Position numbers and translations under genes: made by a program. A stretch of DNA of 63,728 bases, counting the filler, from Rhabdomonas costata (taxonomy: Eukaryota): the NCBI GenBank assembly GCA_019059605.1. It is 32 parts of 32 records of this genome, joined end to end, with 100 filler letters (N's around TTAATTAATTAA, not from the genome) between each part and the next. Parts side by side here need not be neighbours in the genome. Positions count along the whole stretch, not along the records: positions 51,850 to 53,742 come from JAHMHO010007673.1; positions 53,843 to 55,735 come from JAHMHO010007674.1; positions 55,836 to 57,751 come from JAHMHO010007675.1; positions 57,852 to 59,743 come from JAHMHO010007676.1; positions 59,844 to 61,735 come from JAHMHO010007677.1; positions 61,836 to 63,728 come from JAHMHO010007678.1; 26 more parts are not named here. One strand, 5' to 3'. Below the pieces are notes generated by a model. It saw only the letters and a list, made by a program, of their open reading frames with translations. It searched no databases and was not told where the DNA came from. Position 1 is the stretch's first letter; each line of letters starts with the position of its first letter. Below, piece after piece: positions 53,393 to 63,728 of the stretch.

Positions 53393-55552
53393 CTGGAGTG
53401 GGGTTGGAAGCGGACTCAGCTGACGGGGGCATTTGATTTCATATCATGGTGGATAATTTTTTAAGGTGAGAATTGCTCACAACAACAACATCGTAGGCCC
53501 ATTATTTCATATCATGGTGGACATGCACGCAATTTTCCTTCTCAGTTTGATTCACAATCACGCACATAATAGCAGCTCATGCTGTTGGCCAAATACATGT
53601 GTTCACCGCCATATCTGCCACGTCTTGCTTGACCACTCTCATGACGTTCAGGTGAACAGACTGGTAGGAACCACGAAACCCCCCACATTTCACTCTTCTA
53701 CACTCATCAACTGAGCCATCCCACAATATTTAAAAACCCACCNNNNNNNNNNNNNNNNNNNNNNNNNNNNNNNNNNNNNNNNNNNNTTAATTAATTAANN
53801 NNNNNNNNNNNNNNNNNNNNNNNNNNNNNNNNNNNNNNNNNNGTGTGGGTGGGGTAGGGGTAGGGGTATGTTCAAAATTGTATTTTTTGAGCAAATGTCT
53901 TTGAATTGTGCTTTGGTCCGCTTCGATGTGCCTGCTGCCCTCGGGAGAAAGGCGAAAAAGAGCGAGGCAAGCAGGCGATGGTTTTTCTGCACACGAAACA
54001 AACGCAGGCGCGTGGACGTCCCCGCACCTGCAACTGTACAGCCGCGAATCCATTTAACCGTCACTGACGCAGCAATGACTTCCGACTTCCGTGCTCTCTC
54101 TCTCTCTCTTTACCCTTCCTTTTTCTGTGCAAAGAGACCTTGCATACGTCTTCGACTGTGCTCCGTGCTTGTGGTTCCTGGGTTACCTTTTGACTGCCCG
54201 GAAGGAGCTCGCAGTTGAAATCACCATTTGTCATAAGACTCTCAGAAACCTCGGCGTCTCCCCTTGTTTTGAGGGCAGAGAACAATTAAGGTCCGATGAT
54301 TTGGGTGGCAATAGGGCGTTAAACTTGTTAAAGGTTACAATCGAGTCAGGCTGTGGTGTTTATGCAACATATGCCCGGGTCATCTCAAAAGAAAGACCTA
54401 TAGGGGGAAGACAGACAAAGTCAGGCCGAAAAGGAACATAAATTCCTCAGGTCAAAACCATTTTTTTACCACCCCTTTTTCGGCTTCTAAGTCCGAAAGT
54501 GCGTGATTTAGAGTGCACTCTTTTTTTCCGTTGTGACCTTTTGAGGTGATGCGGACAATATATGCTTTGGTGTCCATGGTCACGAAAACTTCCCGAACGG
54601 CGTCACCGTCTCAGCAGCCCGCTCCGGCCCCGGCTGCCCTTCGCCCCTAAAATAACCTTTCCCACTCACCCGCCAAAGCCCAATATACAGCCAGTTAAAT
54701 GGTTCACCGGAAATATCTGGAAAAGCCACGGCAAGACCAGATTCCTCGGTTCGGTTCTCACCCCTTCGCCTCCCGACATGCTCACCTGGCTCCTGATTCA
54801 CGGGTGCGCGTGTCTGTTGCGTTCTGAAGAGCGTAGGAATGGAGGCGAACGTGAGGGCAGGGGGAAGAATTAGAAGGGGAAGCCTGCTGCCTTGGGGAGA
54901 TGTTCTCGGAACCTCCTCGCCTCCCTCTTACCTGAGCAGGGACATCATTTCATTTCATTCATAGTTCGGGTCTTCGCTTACTGCCTTACTTCTCTCAGCC
55001 CTCTCTATCCCAAATCCAAAACAAACAACGCAACTCGTGAATGGTGAACACAGTTCAGGTGAATATTTGCTCAGGTGGAATTTTTCACCATCTGGTCAAT
55101 GGGACATGAACGTGCTACTTTCTTTGTGCTTCGCCTCCAGACCTCCTGCATTTCTTCCTGGAATCTCAGGAGAACGTGCATATTGCTGAAGAATTAAGCA
55201 AATGCCGCGCCGTGAAAATAGGTTGTCCCGAGGGCCCAATGCCACATGCCGCTTTTGCCTTTCCAGACGCTCAGAAATTCATTTTCATTCGTTGAGAGCA
55301 TCTCTGTGTGGCAACTGCCTCATGAATAGCGATGGGGCTAGGGGATCACGAACAGACCAGGACACAGGGTTTTCAGTTGGGTGCACGTAGGCGCACCATT
55401 TCCTGGTGCAAGCACCCCACTCGTTCTACGCAGACGCCCAGTGTTGTTTGTGCCGCGACTTTTTTCTTCACGAAACCCTCTTTCTGTCTTTCCTTCCTCC
55501 CTGCTCACTCGCTGTTACTTGTTGTGCCCTTTCGACACCCAACAACAATAAC

Positions 55553-55735
55553 AATGCCGATGCAGCCGACACTGACCATGGCACCTACGATGCCTAAGCA
55601 GTCCAACAACGTATTCCCCAACACTGACACGGGCGATAACGGCAATGGAGGCAGCGGCGGGGCCTCGCTGCACTCCGCCACAGCCCGCCCGCAGACCCCC
55701 GTGGAGCAGGTCCTGTGGGGCCCTACCCCCACACA
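55553..55735 (+). CDS. Low-complexity N-terminus of a hypothetical protein
   Basis: An ATG after a pyrimidine-rich region opens the frame MPMQPTLTMAPTMPKQ..., which runs to the contig end. Confidence 0.3.
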
Positions 55736-55874
55736 NNNNNNNNNNNNNNNNNNNNNNNNNNNNNNNNNNNNNNNNNNNNTTAATTAATTAANNNNNNNNN
55801 NNNNNNNNNNNNNNNNNNNNNNNNNNNNNNNNNNNAAGAGCAGCTTGCTGCACTTCATTGTGGCTGTCGTCTTT

Positions 55875-55876
<2 letters not shown>

Positions 55877-55910
<34 letters not shown>
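55877..55910. repeat. (GA)n microsatellite
   Basis: Perfect GA run in a CHO2 intron. Confidence 0.9.
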
Positions 55911-55915
<5 letters not shown>

Positions 55916-55920
55916 AATAC

Positions 55921-56986
55921 CTCTGCTTCAGGCGCAGCTTGCGGACCCGCTTCTTGACCTCCACAGTGATTCCGCCATCAGGGCGGAGATTGGCGCCGTA
56001 CATGCGCCTCATGTGAGGCCGCTCCACCAGGAAGGTAGTGCACATTATAAACCTACAAAAGCACGTCCACATGGTTCCATCATCGCGCAGTTACACGAGC
56101 CCAGGACACCGATTAATGAACAGGTAAAATCATGCCCAAAGCGGTTTGCATATATGTTTAAAATAACGGGCATCGCCAGATTCACGTTTTGGATGTGAGG
56201 AGGGGGGCGACGAACAATGACTAGGTGAGAGAGCGCAGCGTTAAGGGGACATTTTGAGCTGAATTAGCGAGGAGTGATCTGATCGAGATAACGACCGGAA
56301 TATTCACGTGGTTCCCCTCAGAATGAGTCTCAAGGAGCAGGCACAAGGGTACAAAAGTGCTAGCTTGGATCCATTTGGATGGTGTGCATACAAATCTCGA
56401 AAAAAAAACAATATCCACCACCCAACAAACGTACACACACCCGTGATGGAGAATGGCACTCACCAGAACCACCCAGGAGTTGGAGATCAGCGCCATCCCT
56501 GCACACGAGTGGAGGGGGAGGGGAGAAAAAAGAATGAAGAAACCCATAATAATGTGCTCGCGCGGCCCTGTCTTCCTGAGGTGCACACGGGCAAGTTACC
56601 ATCACCGCGTACTTTCTGTCGATGTCGATAACTGAGAACTCTAACAACCGGCAATTTTCAGTATCTTTTGGGGCCACAATTGGGGCCAATTGTGCTGCAT
56701 TTTCCTTTCTTTGAAATATCGTTGCACGACCGTTCACAAAAGTTTAGCACATTACACACAAGTGCGTGCCTGCGGTGCGAAAAATGAACGCGCGCACGCG
56801 CACGCGCACAAACACAAACACCGTAGTATGCTGCGCATCCCAGAATTGTCTCTGGGTTGTTCAGGTAGCGGTAGATTCCACTGTACTCGAGCTTCTGGGG
56901 AACCTCGTCGATGAAGAAGTCCCCGTAGAAGAACCCGAAATCGCTCAACACCTAAGAGTACATAAACAGCTCAGAGGGGTGCTCTT

Positions 56987-57029
<43 letters not shown>

Positions 57030-57601
57030 CATTAATTAGAACTCACTCCCACCCCTTTAACCTAGAACTCATCACCTCCCTAATTTATCCTCCGGACTTC
57101 TTCAGATCAAGGAATATGCAGACACCGACCCAGGATATGGGTGCTGACAATGACGCATCTGCGCAGCAAGCATTACAATCACCCGAACGACGGGCGGAGC
57201 CAACCCCCTCCACCCTCTGTCAAGCTTCGCAGACTAGCGCGCAAAAAAACTTTGGGTACGGCCGAAAGAGCGGTATACCAGGAGAGTGGTATACCAAGAC
57301 AATACCCCGCGGTAACTTGAGAGAGGCAATACGCACATCCCTATTTTCCGCTGAACCCGACAGAAACACTCCACACAGCGACTGCGGACGATGGCAAGGA
57401 GGGGCGGGGGCACAGGACCCTCACAGCACATGCCTCGTGAGTGGAAACGGAGCACCAAATGTTGAGGCAGATCAGGGCCAGCCCAGCCAAGATCTGCGTG
57501 GAGTACAGGTAGAGGTCTGCCTCGGGACCCGGGCCCTTGAACATCTTCCACGCAACTTGAATAAAGGTGACATGGTCCGCCGTCAGTACCAGGTTGTACA
57601 C
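55921..57601 (-). CDS. CHO2: Phosphatidylethanolamine N-methyltransferase, CHO2/PEM1-type; exons 57601-57434, 56951-56822, 56498-56464, (one unresolved small exon), 56052-55921
   Basis: [26 protein letters not shown]...[14 protein letters not shown]...G|MALISNS...[11 protein letters not shown] are hallmark CHO2 motifs. Confidence 0.88.
56989..57027. repeat. (GT)n microsatellite
   Basis: Perfect GT run in a CHO2 intron. Similar shorter (GT)n/(GC)n tracts lie near 10455 and 17694. Confidence 0.9.
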
Positions 57602-59996
57602 CTGCGCGCGGGAAGTAAGAAAAATGTGTGGGATGATAGATCCCAATGGGTTTCTCTGTAGAATCCCGCTGGCAAATTTGGGAGGGATCAGGGTTTCATC
57701 AGCGGGAACAGTTAATCTCGAATGACCACAGTGCCTTCACAGCGCACATCTNNNNNNNNNNNNNNNNNNNNNNNNNNNNNNNNNNNNNNNNNNNNTTAAT
57801 TAATTAANNNNNNNNNNNNNNNNNNNNNNNNNNNNNNNNNNNNNNNNNNNNGGGTGGTGGTTCTCAAGCAATGGAACAGAATAAGTGAGGGGGGTGATAT
57901 TGAGTTATTTGCCAGAACTTACACAGCGGTGCGGTTCACAGGTCTCTGTTCAAGTTCTTTTTTCGACCTTTTGCCAAATGGGATCGGAATGTGCTCACCA
58001 GAGAGAGGGGAGCAACTCACAGGGACCTTTGGAAGGGAAGTTATGCGGGAACGTCGCTATGGAACATTCACCTACTAATGGTTTTTGGTTTGACGGGTTT
58101 TGGTGTGGGGCTTTTTTTAAGAGCTTCTTTGTTTCTAGTATCACCTGTTCCATCTTCGTTCCGTTTTCAGTGGCCTTTGCTGTTTGTTTATTATTGCGTG
58201 CCCTGCAGGAAAGAACAAAACACAGCCAAATGGTCAAGGGGCTGACCGACTTTCTGGAAGAAGAAAACAAGCTGATGGTCTTTTTCGTGTGTGCCTCCCG
58301 TGCAAGAGTGCGTTAAGACGAAATTGGAGGGGCATTGCTCGTGTTACCTCGCAAGTGGGGCGGTTTCTCTCGGACGAACGTTTTGAACATTCAATGTGCC
58401 GACTTTTTGCCGATAAGTTGGCTTTCACCGGAGTTCAAAAGGATTGACACACACCGCTGTTTCGGACCCCAGCTGCCAGACTCGTGATTGTGAGCACGTC
58501 TTCACAATGCTCACATTTACATTTTTCTGCAGCTGTCCTTGTGGCCACCCATCCCTCACGATTGTGACCCAAAAAAAGTGATCATGCCTAATATGTATGA
58601 TCTTCACCTTGTATGGAAAATGAACGAGGTTGTCAAACAACCTTCCTTTTTTCTAAAACACCCTCAAGTTGAACACACACCTTACCATTGCGGTGCAAAG
58701 TAGATGGTACACCTCCCCATTGTTCCCCCGGACTTAGCGGCGTTCACTGGCCATTCCGCAGAGTGTTTGTGTTTGATGCTTTGTAATCTCTAACTTACTC
58801 TGACTAGTCAGCGTTTATTCGCTTTGTGCGATCGGCTACAGTTTTGCCATTTTGACTTCGTGTGGGCTTTCCCTTGTTTGAGTCTGTGGGGTGGCGTGGG
58901 GGCACTCCTTTAATTCTCTCCCTCCGCTTGAATCGCAGACCAAGGGAAAGCGCAAGGCCTTCCGGAGAAAGAATGGTACGGTGTACTTTAAGTGGGATGC
59001 GGTAAGGAAGAAGTAGCCACTGCAGCCCTTGCCCCTTCCCGTTCCAACTCCACTCCCTCGCCGGGCAGAATGTGTCCTCTGCTTAGCTTCGTCCGCTCCA
59101 GCACTGACCACTGGCTAATGGCCACTGCTTACACTGCTTACGGTGATGAACGAAGGCGTTCTGCCGCTGTTGTGGGTGCTGTGGTGTTTTTGTGCACCAA
59201 GTGCAGATGTGAATGACAGAGGGAGGGGGAGGGAGTCCATTCTGGCGACCCGTGTGCATTTCATTGGCGTCGGTTTCGTTGAAACCACCCGTCGGTAAGT
59301 CAACTGGGTTGAGTTGGCATGATTGTTTGTGATTCTGAGTGTGCTAACGGGGAGCACCTGTGTGTGTGGGAACCGGCACTTTTTCATTCTGCTGTGGATG
59401 CTCTGGTATTGCAGTCAAAGGTTCATATTGGGAGGCAGAATTCCAGCCATTTGTGTGGGGTCGGGGTTTTTTTTAGAGATCTCATTTCATTGGTAATTTG
59501 ACCGTAGAATAAATGCAATGTTCTCCTTCTAGGCTGCCTGGTCGCCATCAAGAAAATATTGAACCTGCCACCAAAACCAATTAAACTCTGTAAGGATTCA
59601 AAAATGCCACCGGTCTGGCGTTTACTTTCTGGTTTTCTTTTGGCTTTAAAACAGCTCTTTTTGCTTAAACAATAACAGACCATGGGCTCAATCCACTAGT
59701 CTGCTGCACCCCACCCACTCCTCCCCACACACACACACCCACCNNNNNNNNNNNNNNNNNNNNNNNNNNNNNNNNNNNNNNNNNNNNTTAATTAATTAAN
59801 NNNNNNNNNNNNNNNNNNNNNNNNNNNNNNNNNNNNNNNNNNNGTTTTTGGGGATTTGGCACGATGCATCAGGACTGGTATGAAAATGAAGGCCGCAGCA
59901 TAAAGCAGATCAAGAACTGCAGAGAAAAAAGAGAGGGCAAAAGAGTACGTGCAGTTTCCCAAGCTCAACCAGAGCCCACGACGCACAAAAAAACAC

Positions 59997-60812
59997 CGGT
60001 AGTGTCGGAGCTGACCCTGCCACTGCAGAAGCTGCAGCTGGAGGTCACAGTGGCCCTGCTGGGCAGCGAAAAGCGTGGGCGCCAGCTCGCACCTCCAGGC
60101 CTCGCAGAGCTCTGCTCGGCCTCGGCCCTCGTCGGCCAGCGCAGGGTGGAAAATTGCTACTGCGCTTTCCTCATGGCAGAGCTGCTCCCGAAGAACAGCT
60201 TCGTGAGCCTACGAAAATGTGTTGGCGTGTGTTTGTAGTGCTGTGGGTCACACAGACACAGACAGCACAACGGGGAATGCTGCAGTGGGGAGCAGGAGGG
60301 GATAAGGCTTTCGTTCTAACTACAAATATGAAAGGACAGACACCTCAAGAATGGCCTGCAACTCACGAGTCTGCTCCGCAGCGGTACATTTTCGCTCCTC
60401 CTGCTCCCCTTTCCACAGGATGGCAGCCCACCCGGCGGCCTCCTGAGCCTCCCAGGCCCACCGGAGGGCCAGCTCACACTTGAGGAGCTCCATCTCGGGA
60501 ACCCAGGCCCACTCCACAGCCCCCGCCGCACACAGCGCAGCCAAGAGGCGGCTCAGGGGTACGGCGAGGAAGGTCTCCGGAGAAATGAGCGCAGAGAATG
60601 CTCCCGCTAGAGCTGCCAAAGTGTCGTCGGGGTCGTCAACCGTGCCCACCTCACTGCCGAATGCCACCGAGAGTCCACTGGTGTGGGCCTGAACCCACAG
60701 CGAGACTGCGGAGGTGCTCTCAAGGCACTGGAGACAAAGCCGGTCGCGGAGTTCCTCCCCTGTCAGAAGGTCCCGAGAGCGATCTGCCATTATCCCGATG
60801 AAGTTCTGGAAG
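59997..60812 (-). CDS. Hypothetical Glu/Arg/Leu-rich helical protein exons
   Basis: Two long GC-rich exons bounded by GT-AG: ...GEELRDRLCLQCLE...EQTRELQAILE|AHEAVLREQLCHEE.... Outer boundaries are approximate. Confidence 0.45.
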
Positions 60813-63728
60813 AGCCTGTGGAGTGCACGAAACAAAAACAAAAACGCCGAAGGTTCAGTGAATTGCAGGGTTTTTTAGAGTTTTTTTTCCCTGAAAACGT
60901 CATAGGGCATGCCCCCACAAACGGGATGCCAACCCGCGATGGTTCCGCACACAAAGACACAGGGCAGACAATAGGCGCAAAAAAGACAGTGGCGCAAAAA
61001 AGAAGTCAGCAAATGGAAGCCGAAAGGCTCAGGGCAAGCGACGACCAAGCCCTTGCCCAACCCTGCCCATCTGCATTGAAGCGGCAGGGCAGCCTGCCCT
61101 TTGTGGCTGTTTTGCAGCACTGCCCCATCCATGACAACACTGAAACAACTAGCGGGCTCGGCCACCCAGCCCCGCTTACGCGCCACCACCACAGCCCAAA
61201 CTCACCACAGAGCCACTTTATCCCACAACGCATGCAAGCAGAAGGTTCATCAGTGAATTGCAGGGTGTGTTCGCCATTGCTGTACACAAACCGCACATTT
61301 AGATGGGGGTAAGACTTAACAGTTAAAACTGCCCAAAAGGCAGGGCTGTAACCAATAGTCCAAGTATATCAGGGCTACTTTCCATCACCCAAATGTCAAA
61401 GTTACCTAGCTTTGCACCGCGGAGCTCCGCTTCGGCAAGTTTGAAGAACAGAACCACGCGTTTGTTTATAGTAGTCAGGTTCACCATGAGCTGGATCTAA
61501 CCGCGCATTGTTCTCGGTTTGTATTCTTCTAAAATAGCAGGAGAGAGTCCATGGGCATCTCGGAAGGGGTGAGGGATATCGAATTGCCACCAGAACACGG
61601 AGAAGGCTCTTCCACGGAAGAGGAGGGGATTCACCTGCAAATAGTGTCCCACTCCACGGCCTCCTTCCTGAGTAAAACCGTCCTGTGGGTCTCCTGGAGC
61701 TCGGTCACTGCCGCACGGGAAGACATGACCTGGACNNNNNNNNNNNNNNNNNNNNNNNNNNNNNNNNNNNNNNNNNNNNTTAATTAATTAANNNNNNNNN
61801 NNNNNNNNNNNNNNNNNNNNNNNNNNNNNNNNNNNGTTTTGGGGGCAAAAAGCCTTGAAAAGGGGGCTTATTGGCGTCCAAAGGGCTTCAAAAGGGGTGA
61901 AAATGAGGGAACTTCGGCCGTTTCGGTTAAGTGGTGATTCGGTTGGTTGCAATAGCGGCAAACCGGGGGGAGGGGTTCCTCCCTCCAAGTAGGTGTAATC
62001 CATTTTGGGATAAGCATGCACCCTGGTTTCGTTACGGGACCCCTTAGCGCTGCGCGCGGCGCCCTTACTTGTTGATGCTAATGCCAAATTCATCAAGAAC
62101 ACCACAGCGGAGAGAGAGGACCACAAGATGCAAATATTTTTTTTTTCACTATTTTTGCCTTTTCCCGCTATTACTGTCTTAAGAATTCTCACCGCAACCG
62201 CCTGATGATGAAACGTTCTCCATACTTAGAAATGTTCAAGCAACTGTGTCAGTCTGATTAAAACAGTTCCCAATGCAAGTCACTAAGGGGCCTTTGAAGA
62301 CCATGATGAAAGGGTATATGTGACGACAATTTATTGACGGAAAAAACACAACCAAACTCGAACCTCTTCAGGTCTGGAGTGGGGCGGTGGGCTCGGCATT
62401 TCCCCCATCCTGAGGTCCTTCAGAGCAGTGGCCAAGGTCTCGAGTCTGCAAACATGAGGTCACCGACTTTGCACGTGCACAACTTTTCTATCCCTCCTCA
62501 AGAGCCTTCCATCATCCAAAGGGGGACAAGAGGGCCCCTGCCAAGGATGCGGTTCTCGAAAAGCGGCTTTCAGTTTAAAGTTCAGTGTGACCAATTCAAG
62601 TTCAAATGGCATGTAAAACGGCAAAATCCTTTAAACACGGCCAAATTTAGCGCCGAAGTTCAGAGTCCACAGTTCAATGTGGACTGCTCAAAGTTCAATT
62701 CAGTTCTATCCAAATCAACTCAACTCAAAATTCAATGCAACCCTGCAACAAGACTGCAGAAAAACACAAACAACAACAGTATGGTGGAAGGACTTTACCC
62801 TTTCTCTCGCCACCACCAATCGTCGGGGCCTCAACCGAAATGGGGAGAACCCCAAACCCAAAACGTCAACCACTATTCGCTGGTGGATACCCCATGGCCA
62901 CTCGACCGCACCGGACTGACCAAACATTGATCTCAGAACTCGAGCCAGAGTGAAGCAGTGACGGGATTGTTGGCGCTGAGTTAGTTTAGCCGCTTCCCGG
63001 ACTCCTCCATATATGACCCCTTCAAGGTCCATTTTTCAAGGGTCTTTTGGACTTGGAAGGAATTCCAAGGTGCTGGGGGTGCCTTTTGGGCACCTTTGCA
63101 CAGCTTTTCAGGGTATTTCAAGCAGTGTGCAGTGTCTGGTTGAAAAAAAGCATGGCGTGAAATGAGAGGATTTCGGGATACTGGACCTAGTCTCAAGTTG
63201 AGAGATGCGGTGCTGCTGTGCCTTGATGCAGCGGTCCTGCTGCCGCCGCACGTCCAAGTGCTTCGCAATCTCGGACTGATAAGTGAGAAGAAGTGCCCTA
63301 AAAGTATATCTGCCATTTAGTCCAGCATGCTTCCGTATGAGGCTTCACTGTGTACTCAGATACATATCCGAGGTCAGATTTCCATTTTTGTTAAGAAGCA
63401 ACAACAAGGGCTGACGTTGAAAAGTGAAGTGAACACAACGAGCAGTCTCCTTTGCATTTTGAAACGAAGCATGAAATTCGTCGGCTTGTGACTCATGTTT
63501 ATCCTTTGGTCGTTATCGCCAGCATCGACGTTTTTGCTTCAGTAACCTAATTTTGCCAGAAAGTCACATTAGCCGTAAAAAAATTATCACCGCAAGATAG
63601 CGAGCATTGGCAACGTCGATGAACCCATGTGTGTATGTGTGTGGGGAGGGGGGTTCAAAAACGACTTAAAATGTCCTTTGATCGCGAGTCTGTGCGATGA
63701 AGTACTGCCATCATCCGGCCACACAACC

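Noticed and set aside
62334-62930. 198-aa ORF
   Set aside because: It has a non-ATG start, no motif, and lacks the GC-rich codon style of the supported exons.

Overview
This window is not one contiguous locus. It is 32 unrelated contigs of about 1.9 kb, joined by an artificial 100-nt spacer (N44-TTAATTAATTAA-N44). Most contig ends carry G/T-only primer remnants or fold-back chimeras, which are typical of whole-genome-amplified (single-cell-type) material. The DNA comes from an intron-rich flagellate eukaryote with GT-AG introns and the standard genetic code. An 'EWMY'-type nucleotidyl cyclase tail hints at Discoba/Euglenozoa, but this is inference. Splicing exons by hand recovers fragments of these genes: a class III nucleotidyl cyclase, GT8-like and GT61-like glycosyltransferases, an Asp-box/kelch propeller, a plant-like ornithine carbamoyltransferase, a secreted LamG protein, a BTB protein, a NIT-domain sensor, an intron-containing AmmeMemoRadiSam (AmrS-like) radical SAM enzyme, a UXT/SLC35E-like nucleotide-sugar transporter, a decayed Merlin/IS1595 transposase, a HEATR5-like protein, BBS4, an ABCH-like ATPase, a dynein LC4-like EF-hand protein, an ABM-family protein and a CHO2-type PE methyltransferase. 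The most notable signals are the prokaryote-type AmrS and NIT genes carrying spliceosomal introns, a weak donor-site consensus with one probable GC-AG intron, and motif-degenerate enzymes. Gene neighbourhood cannot be inferred across spacers. All family calls come from motif recognition, not database searches.
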